From Candidatus Omnitrophota bacterium (GTDB lineage: Bacteria > Omnitrophota > Gorgyraeia > Zapsychrales > Zapsychraceae): a stretch of 64,000 bases of DNA. The stretch lies in NCBI GenBank assembly GCA_035292445.1, contig DATDQB010000023.1, positions 25,533 through 89,532 on the forward strand, written 5' to 3'. A program made the translations under genes and the position numbers. Below the pieces are notes generated by a model. It worked only from the letters and a program-made list of their open reading frames with translations. It did no database searches and was not told the DNA's origin. Of this stretch, positions 36,614 to 46,013 are shown piece by piece (positions within the stretch are counted from its first letter, which is position 1; each line of letters opens with the position of its first letter).

Positions 36614-38233
36614 ATGCGCATCGCGTTAGCACAGATTAATACAACCGTTGGGGATCTGGCCGGTAACCAAGCAAAGATCGCCGGGTATATTCAAAGGGCG
36701 AAGGACCGCCAGGCCGATATCGTTGTTTTTCCGGAATTGGCCGTTACCGGCTATCCACCGGAAGACCTGCTGTTGAAGGGGCATTTTGTAAAAGAAAACA
36801 TCAAAACGCTTCGTCAATTGGCCAAGGCCGCCTCCGGGATAACGGTCATCGTCGGCTTTGTCGATCGGGATGCGAAGAAAAATTTATATAATGCCGCCGC
36901 CATCCTTGAAAATAAATCCGTCAAAGGCGCTTATTATAAACAAAAACTTCCCAACTATGGCGTGTTTGATGAGAAGCGGTATTTTCAGCCCGGAGGAACT
37001 GATAAAACATTTAAGCTGGGTGGCGTTAAGTATGCCGTAAGTGTTTGCGAAGATCTTTGGGAAGACGTCTGCCAAAAACAGGCCAAGGCGGGAGCGAAGC
37101 TTTTAATTAATATTTCAAGCTCACCTTATGACAGCGGGAAATTAAAGGCGAGGGAAGCGCTTATCAAAGGCCGCGCCAAACAGACCAAAACCCACATTTG
37201 TTATTGCAATTTGGTGGGGGGCCAGGATGAGCTTGTTTTCGACGGAAGCAGCATGATCGTTGACCCTAAAGGGCGTTTATTGGCCATGGCGAAAGAGTTT
37301 GAGGAGGATTTGTTGATAGCGGATTTTGATCTGGGGAAAAACGATCCCAGGAAAAGGGCTCTGGGCGAACACATGTATAAGCCGGCACCGCCGCTCGAGC
37401 GGATTTTGAAGGCGCTGGTATTGGGAACAAAAGACTACGCTTTAAAAAATGGGTTCAAGAAAGCCGTGGTCGGTTTAAGCGGCGGCATTGATTCCGCTTT
37501 GGTAGCCGCCCTTGCGGTTGAGGCGCTGGGGAAAGACAACATCATTGGCATTACCATGCCTTCGCGCTTTAGTTCAACCGGAACAAAGGCGGACGCCAAA
37601 CAATTGGCGCATAATCTGGGCATTGAATTAAAGGAGATCCCGATCGAAGGGATTTTTCAGGCCTATCTGGAAACGCTTAAGGAGCCGTTTAACGGCCTTA
37701 AGCCAAATATTGCCGAAGAAAACGTTCAGGCCCGGATCCGCGGCAATATTTTAATGGCCCTATCCAATAAATTCGGCTGGTTGGTCCTGACAACAGGCAA
37801 TAAGAGCGAAATAGCCGTTGGGTATTGCACGCTTTATGGGGATATGTCGGGCGGGTTTGCGGTTATCAAGGATGTGCCAAAAACAGTTGTTTATCAATTA
37901 TGTCTAATTATTAATCAAAAAAGGGGAAATGTTATCCCCCAATCTGTGATCGACCGTCCGCCAACAGCGGAATTAAGGGAAAACCAGAAAGACCAGGACA
38001 GCCTCCCGCCTTATGATGTTTTGGATGGCATACTAAAGAGCTATGTGGAAGAGCATAGGTCTTTCACGCAAATGGCGAATAGGAAAGACCAGGAAATCGT
38101 TAAAAGCGTTATATCCATGGTGGATAGAAGCGAATATAAGCGCCGCCAGGCCCCACCTGGGATTAAGATCACTCCCAGGGCGTTCGGCAAGGATTGGAGG
38201 CTTCCTATCACCAATAAATACAAGGAGTTCTGA
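36614..38233 (+). CDS. nadE: Glutamine-dependent NAD+ synthetase (nitrilase/CN-hydrolase plus NadE domains)
   Basis: N-terminal CN-hydrolase region (Glu-Lys-Cys triad context VSVCEDLW) and C-terminal NadE P-loop SGGIDS. Confidence 0.85.
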   Translation: MRIALAQINTTVGDLAGNQAKIAGYIQRAKDRQADIVVFPELAVTGYPPEDLLLKGHFVKENIKTLRQLAKAASGITVIVGFVDRDAKKNLYNAAAILENKSVKGAYYKQKLPNYGVFDEKRYFQPGGTDKTFKLGGVKYAVSVCEDLWEDVCQKQAKAGAKLLINISSSPYDSGKLKAREALIKGRAKQTKTHICYCNLVGGQDELVFDGSSMIVDPKGRLLAMAKEFEEDLLIADFDLGKNDPRKRALGEHMYKPAPPLERILKALVLGTKDYALKNGFKKAVVGLSGGIDSALVAALAVEALGKDNIIGITMPSRFSSTGTKADAKQLAHNLGIELKEIPIEGIFQAYLETLKEPFNGLKPNIAEENVQARIRGNILMALSNKFGWLVLTTGNKSEIAVGYCTLYGDMSGGFAVIKDVPKTVVYQLCLIINQKRGNVIPQSVIDRPPTAELRENQKDQDSLPPYDVLDGILKSYVEEHRSFTQMANRKDQEIVKSVISMVDRSEYKRRQAPPGIKITPRAFGKDWRLPITNKYKEF

Positions 38234-38334
38234 TTCTTATTAAATTATTAATACTAATACTAAATTATAGTTGAATTATGTTTGAAAGTATGTAAAATTG
38301 GAAAATGGTCTTGAAAGATAGAAGGTAAAGTAGA

Positions 38335-38556
38335 GTGGACTTAGCCGATAAAATAGAGAATTCCTTTATTGCCCTGCAAGATGGGGGTATTTATCGTTAT
38401 ATCATCGAAGATACCGAACGGCTTTTGATCGAAAAAGCTTTGCAAAAAACGCGGGGTAACCAGATCTTGGCGGCGCGGATACTGGGCTTGAACAGAAATA
38501 CGATAAGGACCAAAATAAAAAAGCTAAAGATCGACTTAAGGAAGTTTAAAGAATGA
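38335..38556 (+). CDS. Small Fis-type HTH DNA-binding protein (73 aa), overlaps the gltB start by 4 nt
   Basis: C-terminal motif GNQILAARILGLNRNTIRTKIKKL, typical of Fis/NtrC-family HTH. GTG start. Confidence 0.5.
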   Translation: MDLADKIENSFIALQDGGIYRYIIEDTERLLIEKALQKTRGNQILAARILGLNRNTIRTKIKKLKIDLRKFKE

Positions 38557-41500
38557 ACCTTAATTATCCAAAACAACAGGGCCTTTACCACCCGCAGTTT
38601 GAGCACGATGCCTGCGGCGTCGGCTTTGTGGCCCATTTAAAGGGCAAAAAGTCGCATGAGATCGTCCGAAACGGCATTACTATTTTGGAGAATTTAAGCC
38701 ATCGGGGCGCCTGCGGCTGTGACCCCGAAACCGGGGATGGGGCAGGCCTTTTGATCCAAATGCCGGACCAATTCTTTAGGAAAGAATGCGCCAAACTCCA
38801 TATTAAATTGCCTCCTTTGGGAGATTACGGCGTGGGGATCGTCTTTTTACCGCCGAAGATAGAAGATCGAAATGTGATCGAAGCCTGGACCGAGCATATC
38901 ATCTATGAAGAAGGGCAAAAACTTTTAGGCTGGCGCGATGTTCCTCATGACCCGACCAAGATCGGAAAAGTAGCGGCCTCCGTTAAGCCGACTTTTAAAC
39001 AGCTCATTATCGGCCGGGGCGATGGCACGGCGCGCGAGGCCTTTGACCGCAAGCTCTATGTGATCCGAAAAAGGCTTTTTAACCAGATCCAGCAATCAGT
39101 CCTTGAGCAAAAGAGCTATTATTATTTCTGCAGCCTTTCCAGCAAAACCATTGTCTACAAAGGCCAATTGATGGCCGAGCAGTTGGACCGCTTTTTCCCC
39201 GATCTGTCAGACCCGGATCTGCAGTCGGCGATCGCGATGGTCCATTCCCGATATAGCACCAATACGTTCCCTTCATGGGCGTTGGCGCATCCGTACCGCA
39301 TGCTTTGCCATAATGGAGAAATCAATACGCTTCGCGGTAACATTAATTGGATGAATGCGCGCGAAAAGCAGTTTATATCACAAGCCTTTGGAGAGGACAT
39401 TAAAAAGACCTTACCGGTGGTGGTCCCTCATGGCAGCGACTCGGCCACATTCGATAACGTTTTTGAGCTTCTGGTGTTAGCGGGCCGCCCTCTGCCGCAC
39501 GCCATCCTGATGATGATCCCCGAGGCATGGGAAGGCCATGAAAGCATGCCGGCGGAGAAAAAAGCTTTTTATGAATATCACGCCTGCCTGATGGAGCCGT
39601 GGGACGGGCCGGCATCGATCGCTTTTAGCGACGGAAGATATATAGGCGCCGTTTTGGACCGCAACGGCTTGCGCCCTTCCCGATACCTTGTCACGAAAGA
39701 TGATCTGGTGGTGATGGCCTCTGAAACCGGCGTCTTGCCGATCCCCGCTGATCGCATCAAGATGAAATGGCGGCTTCAGCCCGGGAAGATGTTTCTCGTT
39801 GATACCGAGGCCGGCCGTATCATTGACGATGAGGAAGTCAAACGCGAATACGCGACAAAAAAACCCTACGCGCAGTGGATCAAAGAGCAAATGATCGACT
39901 TAAGCGAGCTGCCCGAGCCCAAAAATGTTCACGGGTTGGATGAAAAAACTCTTTTGGCCCGCCAGCGTGCTTTTGGGTACACGATCGAAGACATTAAGCT
40001 TCTTTTAGAGCCGATGGCCACTCAAGGGGCGGAAGCGACCGGATCCATGGGGGATGACACGCCCCTGGCCGTCCTTTCCCGTAAGCCGCGGCTTCTTTAC
40101 GATTATTTCAAGCAATTGTTTGCGCAGGTGACCAATCCGCCGGTGGATGCCATCCGCGAGGAGGTCATCATGGCGGAGAACGTCCATCTCGGGCCCGAAG
40201 GCAATTTGTTGGATGAAACGCCGGAGCATGCCCATCGGCTGCGCATTCCGCGGCCCATCATCGCCAACGAAGAGCTGGAAAAAATTGCGCATGTGAAGAA
40301 AGGCGCTTTAAGGGCCAAGAAATTTAAAATGCTTTTTAAGGCTGAAGACGCTCGGGCAGGCCTTGAGAAAGCGCTGGAAGAATTATTCCTCGAGGTGGAT
40401 GCGGCTATCGAAAAGGGGTATTCGGTCATTGTCTTATCCGACCGGGGGGTCAATAAAAAGAATATCCCCATGCCCAGCGCGCTGGCCTGTTCGGGGCTGC
40501 ATCATCATTTGATCCGCCGGGGAACAAGAACAAAGGTGAGCCTTGTGCTTGAAACGGGCGAGGCGCGGGAAATGCATCATTTTGCCGTGCTGATCGGTTA
40601 CGGGGCGAACGCCATCAATCCGTATCTGGCCCTTGAAACCATTGAAAGCGAGATCAGAAAAGGCGATTACAAAAACATTCTGTTCAAAGACGCCAAGAAG
40701 AACTATATAAAATCGACTCGTAAAGGGCTATTCAAAGTTATTTCCAAAATGGGGATCTCGACGATTCATTCCTACTGCGGGGCCCAAATTTTTGAGGCGG
40801 TGGGCTTGGGCCAGGTGCTCATTAATAAATATTTTACAGCCACCCCTTCGCGTATCGGCGGTATCGGGATTGAAGAAGTGGCGGAAGAAATGATCCGCCG
40901 GCACCAGGACGCGTATCCGCAAGAAAATAGGTATGATAACATGCTCGATCAAGGTGGGTTCTACGCGTGGCGCCGCGACGGGGAGCACCATCAGCTCAAC
41001 CCGCAGACGATCGGTATGCTGCAGCATGCGGTGCGAAGCAATAACTATGAGCTATATAAGCAATTCGCCAAGTTGGTCAACAACCAACAAACGAACCTTG
41101 CCACCATTCGCGGGCTTTTGAAATTCAAGCAAGGCAATCCCATTCCTATCGAAGAGGTCGAGCCGGCAACTGAAATCGTCAAGCGTTTTGCAACGGGCGC
41201 GATGAGTTACGGCTCAATTTCCAAAGAAACACACGAAACGCTCGCCATTGCGATGAACCGGATGGGAGGTTTTTCCAATACCGGCGAGGGTGGCGAGGAT
41301 CCGGAGCGGTTCAAGAAAGACCCTAACGGCGATTGGCGGCGAAGCCGCATTAAACAAGTGGCCGCGGGCCGTTTTGGGGTAACGATTGAATATCTTGTTA
41401 ATGCCGATCAAATGCAAATAAAAATGGCGCAGGGGGCCAAGCCGGGCGAGGGCGGCCAACTTCCGGGCTATAAGGTCAGCAAAGAAATTGCCAAAACGCG

Positions 41501-43094
41501 CTATACAACTCCAGGCGTGGGTTTGATTTCTCCTCCGCCGCATCATGACATTTATTCCATCGAAGATTTGGCCCAATTGATCCATGATCTGAAAAACGCG
41601 AATCCCCGAGGGGACGTGAGCGTTAAACTGGTGGCGGAAATCGGCGTGGGGACCATTGCCGCCGGCGTTTCCAAAGGAAAATCCGATCATGTTTTGATCA
41701 GCGGTTATGAGGGCGGAACGGGTGCTTCTCCGCAAACCTCCATCAAGCATGCGGGCCTTCCCATGGAATTAGGCATCGCGGAAACACAGCAAGTGCTGGT
41801 GATGAATGATTTACGCGGGCGCATCCGCGTGCAAACCGACGGCCAATTAAAAACTGGCCGCGACGTGGCGATCGCCGCCATGTTGGGCGCGGATGAGTTT
41901 GGTTTCTCAACGGTCGCGTTGGTGACGCTGGGCTGCATCCTGCTTCGTAAATGCCATTTGAATACCTGCTCGGTCGGGATCGCTACCCAAGACCCGGAAT
42001 TACGCAAAAGATTCGACGGAAAACCGGAGTATGTTGTCAATTTATTTACCTTTGTCGCCGAAGAGGTCCGTGAAATCATGGCCCAATTGGGTTTTAGAAA
42101 ATTTGAGGATATGGTCGGCCGCGTGGATATGCTCGAAACGGCTGTTTTGATCGATCATTGGAAAGCCAAGGGATTGGATCTAACCAGCGTTTTACACAAG
42201 CCCGATGTGCCTGATTATGTAGCTATTCATCATGTGGGTAAACAAGACCACGGCCTTGAAAAGGCGTTGGATAATAAGCTCATCGAAGCCTGTAAGGCCG
42301 CTATTGAAAATAAATCGTATACCAAGTTCGATTGCGAGATAAAAAACACCAACCGCACCGTCGGCACGATGTTAAGCAGTGAAATCGCCCGGCGTTACGG
42401 GCTGGCCGGGCTGCCGGATAACACGATCGATATCAGGTTCCATGGTTCCGCAGGACAAAGCTTTGGCGCTTTTCTTGCCAAGGGTGTTACCTTTACGCTG
42501 GAAGGCGATGCGAACGATTATGTCGGTAAAGGTTTATCCGGCGGGAAACTTATCATTTATCCGCCGAAGACGGCCCCTTTTGTTCCCGAAGAAAATATTT
42601 TAATCGGCAATGTCGTGTTGTATGGCGCGATCATGGGGGAAACGTATTTCCGTGGCATCGCGGGCGAGAGGTTTTGCGTGCGTAATAGCGGCGCTTGTGC
42701 GGTCATCGAAGGATTGGGAGACCACGGTTGTGAGTATATGACCGGCGGGCGCGTGGTGGTCCTGGGGCCCGTGGGGCGCAATTTCGCCGCCGGCATGAGC
42801 GGCGGGATCGCTTATGTTTGGGACAGGCAAGGCGATTTCAAAGGCAAATGCAACATGGAAATGGTGGAGCTTTATCCGCTTGAGCGGGAAGATGATATCC
42901 AAGAGCTCCACCGGCTCGTTGAAAACCATTTACGGTATACCGGCAGTACGCAGGCCAAGAAAGTTTTGGATAACTGGAAGATGGTTTTCCCTCAATTCAT
43001 TAAGGTCTATCCGACCGATTATCGTCGGGTGATCGAAGAGGCCAACAAGATCCAAAAAGAAGCGCAACTCGAAAGCGCTCCTTCCAAAAAGTGA
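38553..43094 (+). CDS. gltB: Glutamate synthase (GOGAT) large subunit
   Basis: N-terminal Ntn amidotransferase Cys (HDACGVGFVA), FMN/3Fe-4S central domain, GXGXG C-terminal domain; 1513 aa. Confidence 0.9.
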   Translation: MNLNYPKQQGLYHPQFEHDACGVGFVAHLKGKKSHEIVRNGITILENLSHRGACGCDPETGDGAGLLIQMPDQFFRKECAKLHIKLPPLGDYGVGIVFLPPKIEDRNVIEAWTEHIIYEEGQKLLGWRDVPHDPTKIGKVAASVKPTFKQLIIGRGDGTAREAFDRKLYVIRKRLFNQIQQSVLEQKSYYYFCSLSSKTIVYKGQLMAEQLDRFFPDLSDPDLQSAIAMVHSRYSTNTFPSWALAHPYRMLCHNGEINTLRGNINWMNAREKQFISQAFGEDIKKTLPVVVPHGSDSATFDNVFELLVLAGRPLPHAILMMIPEAWEGHESMPAEKKAFYEYHACLMEPWDGPASIAFSDGRYIGAVLDRNGLRPSRYLVTKDDLVVMASETGVLPIPADRIKMKWRLQPGKMFLVDTEAGRIIDDEEVKREYATKKPYAQWIKEQMIDLSELPEPKNVHGLDEKTLLARQRAFGYTIEDIKLLLEPMATQGAEATGSMGDDTPLAVLSRKPRLLYDYFKQLFAQVTNPPVDAIREEVIMAENVHLGPEGNLLDETPEHAHRLRIPRPIIANEELEKIAHVKKGALRAKKFKMLFKAEDARAGLEKALEELFLEVDAAIEKGYSVIVLSDRGVNKKNIPMPSALACSGLHHHLIRRGTRTKVSLVLETGEAREMHHFAVLIGYGANAINPYLALETIESEIRKGDYKNILFKDAKKNYIKSTRKGLFKVISKMGISTIHSYCGAQIFEAVGLGQVLINKYFTATPSRIGGIGIEEVAEEMIRRHQDAYPQENRYDNMLDQGGFYAWRRDGEHHQLNPQTIGMLQHAVRSNNYELYKQFAKLVNNQQTNLATIRGLLKFKQGNPIPIEEVEPATEIVKRFATGAMSYGSISKETHETLAIAMNRMGGFSNTGEGGEDPERFKKDPNGDWRRSRIKQVAAGRFGVTIEYLVNADQMQIKMAQGAKPGEGGQLPGYKVSKEIAKTRYTTPGVGLISPPPHHDIYSIEDLAQLIHDLKNANPRGDVSVKLVAEIGVGTIAAGVSKGKSDHVLISGYEGGTGASPQTSIKHAGLPMELGIAETQQVLVMNDLRGRIRVQTDGQLKTGRDVAIAAMLGADEFGFSTVALVTLGCILLRKCHLNTCSVGIATQDPELRKRFDGKPEYVVNLFTFVAEEVREIMAQLGFRKFEDMVGRVDMLETAVLIDHWKAKGLDLTSVLHKPDVPDYVAIHHVGKQDHGLEKALDNKLIEACKAAIENKSYTKFDCEIKNTNRTVGTMLSSEIARRYGLAGLPDNTIDIRFHGSAGQSFGAFLAKGVTFTLEGDANDYVGKGLSGGKLIIYPPKTAPFVPEENILIGNVVLYGAIMGETYFRGIAGERFCVRNSGACAVIEGLGDHGCEYMTGGRVVVLGPVGRNFAAGMSGGIAYVWDRQGDFKGKCNMEMVELYPLEREDDIQELHRLVENHLRYTGSTQAKKVLDNWKMVFPQFIKVYPTDYRRVIEEANKIQKEAQLESAPSKK

Positions 43095-43121
43095 GCTTCG
43101 GTAAGATAATTTAAAGAAAAT

Positions 43122-44558
43122 ATGGGTGATATAACCGGTTTCATGAAATATAAAAGGCAGGATTTTGACAAAGAGCCTGCCAAAGAGCGTATTAAACACT
43201 GGCAAGAGTTTTATAAACAAATGCCCGATGAGGAATTGCGTAAACAGGGCGCGCGCTGCATGGATTGCGGCGTGCCTTTTTGCCAATCGGGCTGTCCCAT
43301 CGGCAACATCATTCCGGACTGGAACGATCTGGTTTACAGGGAGAACTGGAAAGAGGCCATCGAGCGGCTTCACAAAACCAATAATTTTCCCGAATTCACC
43401 GGCCGCATTTGTCCGGCCCCATGCGAAAACGCCTGCGTATTGGCGATCAATGAGCCAGCGGTCACGATCAAAAATATCGAGGTGTCCATTATCGAGCGGG
43501 CTTACAAGGAAGGGTGGATCAAGCCCACGCCACCCAAACACCGTACGGGCAAAACGGTCGCCGTTATCGGGTCCGGGCCGGCGGGCTTGGCCTGTGCCGA
43601 TCAATTGAACAAAGAAGGCCACACGGTCACGGTTTATGAAAAAAATGAGGTCTTGGGCGGCCTTTTGACGCTGGGTATCCCAGAATTTAAAATGGAAAAA
43701 TGGGTAGTGGAGCGTCGTCTTAAACGGATGGAAAAAGAAGGCGTGAAATTCAAGACCAAGGCCCATGTCGGCGTCGATGTGTCGGCCAAAGAATTGGTCC
43801 AAAGTCACGATGCTGTTGTTCTAGCCGGCGGGGCCGAGCAGCCGCGTGATCTAAATGTCGAAGGCCGTGATCTACAGGGCGTTTATTATGCGATGGAATA
43901 TTTAACGCAGCAGAACCGCATTTGTTTGGGCCAAAAGATCAATCTTAAGGACCGGATCTCCGCCGAGGGCAAACGGGTGATCGTTCTAGGCGGCGGCGAT
44001 ACGGGCAGCGATTGTATCGGGACGGCGAATCGCCAGGGGGCCAGTGTCGTTAAAAATTTCGAACTCCTGCCGCGGCCGCCCAAAGAACGCAGCCTCAATA
44101 ACCCTTGGCCGCAATGGGCCTTTATTGAGCGCTCCTCCACATCGCATGATGAAGGGGTGGTCCGTGATTACGCGATCATGACCAAACGATTAAGCGGGGA
44201 AAACGGTAAATTAAAGAAGCTTCACGGGATCCGCCTGAAATTCGGGGCGAAAGACCCGAAAACAGGGCGCCAGCAGATGGAGGAGGTTGCAGGGTCGGAA
44301 TTCGAGGAAGAGGTAGACTTGCTCCTTTTAGCGATGGGTTTCTTGGGCCCTGTAAAACGTGGCATGTTGGAGGAATTGGGTGTAGAATTAGACGAACGCA
44401 GCAACGTAAAAACGAATGAAAATAAAATGACAAGCATTCCCGGCGTTTTTGCCGCTGGCGACATGAGGCGGGGGCAATCCCTGGTTGTTTGGGCCATTCA
44501 TGAAGGCCGGGAGGCGGCCAAGGGCGTGCAAAATTATCTTACGGCACAAAGAGTTTAA
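43122..44558 (+). CDS. gltD: Glutamate synthase small subunit (NADPH-dependent)
   Basis: 4Fe-4S cysteine clusters and FAD/NADPH Rossmann motif VAVIGSGPAGLACA. Confidence 0.9.
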   Translation: MGDITGFMKYKRQDFDKEPAKERIKHWQEFYKQMPDEELRKQGARCMDCGVPFCQSGCPIGNIIPDWNDLVYRENWKEAIERLHKTNNFPEFTGRICPAPCENACVLAINEPAVTIKNIEVSIIERAYKEGWIKPTPPKHRTGKTVAVIGSGPAGLACADQLNKEGHTVTVYEKNEVLGGLLTLGIPEFKMEKWVVERRLKRMEKEGVKFKTKAHVGVDVSAKELVQSHDAVVLAGGAEQPRDLNVEGRDLQGVYYAMEYLTQQNRICLGQKINLKDRISAEGKRVIVLGGGDTGSDCIGTANRQGASVVKNFELLPRPPKERSLNNPWPQWAFIERSSTSHDEGVVRDYAIMTKRLSGENGKLKKLHGIRLKFGAKDPKTGRQQMEEVAGSEFEEEVDLLLLAMGFLGPVKRGMLEELGVELDERSNVKTNENKMTSIPGVFAAGDMRRGQSLVVWAIHEGREAAKGVQNYLTAQRV

Positions 44559-44575
44559 ATGAAAGGATGTGCATT

Positions 44576-45109
44576 ATGAAATGGAGCAGTTATTTAGTAT
44601 TATTGGCCGTTTTTGTGTTGGCTTGCGGCGAGCCGAGGACGCAAGAGAAACAATCGGCCCTTCAAAGACCCGATGCGCGCGCACAGGCGCAGGCATTTAT
44701 TGAAAAGGGTATGGAAGACCTTCGTAACCAGGACATTGTCGGCGCCATTCAAAGTTTTGATAATGCCATTAAAACCGAACCCCAAAATCCGGAAAATTTT
44801 CTGGTATTAGGCCAAGTGTATTTGCGGCTTAGAAACTATGACAAGGCCGTTGACACGCTTAATGCGGGCACAAGGGTTGACCCTAATAACGGGGAAATTT
44901 ATTACTTTTTAGGCGCGGCGCATGCCATCAGGCAACACACGCCGGGAAATGCGCAAGAGGATTTTGATCGGCAGGAAGCCGTTGGAGCCGCGAAGCGAAG
45001 CGTTGAAATTTTCATTCAGGAAAGAAATGAAGAGAAGCTGAAGCTGGCTTTGGGGTTATTGAAGAGCCTGGAAGAGGGAGAAGCCATCGGAGAAATTTCG
45101 GGACAATAA
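44576..45109 (+). CDS. TPR-repeat lipoprotein
   Basis: Lipobox VLACG after a signal peptide, then TPR-like helices. Start set to the ATG at 44576 (SD AAGGA). Confidence 0.55.
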   Translation: MKWSSYLVLLAVFVLACGEPRTQEKQSALQRPDARAQAQAFIEKGMEDLRNQDIVGAIQSFDNAIKTEPQNPENFLVLGQVYLRLRNYDKAVDTLNAGTRVDPNNGEIYYFLGAAHAIRQHTPGNAQEDFDRQEAVGAAKRSVEIFIQERNEEKLKLALGLLKSLEEGEAIGEISGQ

Positions 45110-45147
45110 TTGCCCCGTTTATCAACATCAATTATCCCATTGGACAA

Positions 45148-45996
45148 TTGATAGCCCATCTCACCCTCCTTATTTATTTCGTTTGCCTTTTGACCCTCCC
45201 TACGCCTATGGCGCAAGCCGGGGCTGCCATTGAGCAGCGTCAGCGCGCCATGCAACACCAGCAGCAGGAAGCCATCCGTCGGCAGCAACAACAGATCATC
45301 CAACAGCAACAAGCGGCCTACCAGCAGGCGGTGGTTCAACGACAGATACAGCAACAAACGATGCAACAAGCCCTCCAACAGCGGGCCGTGGCCCAACAGC
45401 GGGCGTACAACCAAGCCGTGCAGGAAAAGGTGCAAGAGGTTTATCAGCAGCGGCAAACCAATATGCAAAGCGTGCAGCAACGCGTGGCGGAACAGCTGCG
45501 GGCGCAGCAACAGGCTTATAACCAAGCCATGCAGCAGGCCGGCGTTCTGATGAGCCAGCAATTCCAGCAAAGCAACCCTTCACAAATTTCCATTCCAGCC
45601 GTACAAGGGGCCGCTTACGGCGATCTATTTTATGAGCCTCCCGTGGCGGAGGTCGTCAATATCACGGATGTCTGGCAACAGATGGAAGCGAACAGCCATG
45701 CCTGGCCGCTGATGATCGATATGGAGCCGAAGATCATAACGGTGCAGCATACAATCGATAAATTGCGGACCGAGGGGATCTCCATTCAAAAACCTCCTAC
45801 CCATTATGTCCAGCTCATTGATTCGATGGCGTTCCAAAACCCGTCGCTTCTTGATCAACCCTTTGAAGACATTTTGAAAGTGGTCGCCATCATTGAATAC
45901 GATTTCAATAACGGGCAGGACAAAGACGCTTTGGCGCGCCAGATCCTTAAGGACGATAAAGCTTTTTGGGATAATAAAAAAAGATTGGGCTTTTGA
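45148..45996 (+). CDS. Secreted Gln-rich protein: signal peptide, about 110-aa Q/A-rich heptad-like low-complexity region, C-terminal globular domain
   Basis: Signal peptide ending AQA; long CAG/CAA-rich stretch 45230-45560 encoding QQ..Q..A..Q repeats. Confidence 0.5.
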   Translation: MIAHLTLLIYFVCLLTLPTPMAQAGAAIEQRQRAMQHQQQEAIRRQQQQIIQQQQAAYQQAVVQRQIQQQTMQQALQQRAVAQQRAYNQAVQEKVQEVYQQRQTNMQSVQQRVAEQLRAQQQAYNQAMQQAGVLMSQQFQQSNPSQISIPAVQGAAYGDLFYEPPVAEVVNITDVWQQMEANSHAWPLMIDMEPKIITVQHTIDKLRTEGISIQKPPTHYVQLIDSMAFQNPSLLDQPFEDILKVVAIIEYDFNNGQDKDALARQILKDDKAFWDNKKRLGF

Positions 45997-46013
45997 CCGG
46001 AAGAAAAACTCGT

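Noticed and set aside
42930-43808. 292-aa minus-strand ORF spanning the gltB/gltD junction
   Set aside because: Lies entirely antisense to the well-supported gltB and gltD coding sequences, and is Arg/Phe/His-rich as shadow ORFs typically are.
45016-45570. 184-aa minus-strand ORF rich in Leu/His/Gly
   Set aside because: Mirror image of the CAG/CAA-rich tract of the + strand Q-rich gene (CTG/TTG codons on the opposite strand). It has no start context and is not an independent gene.
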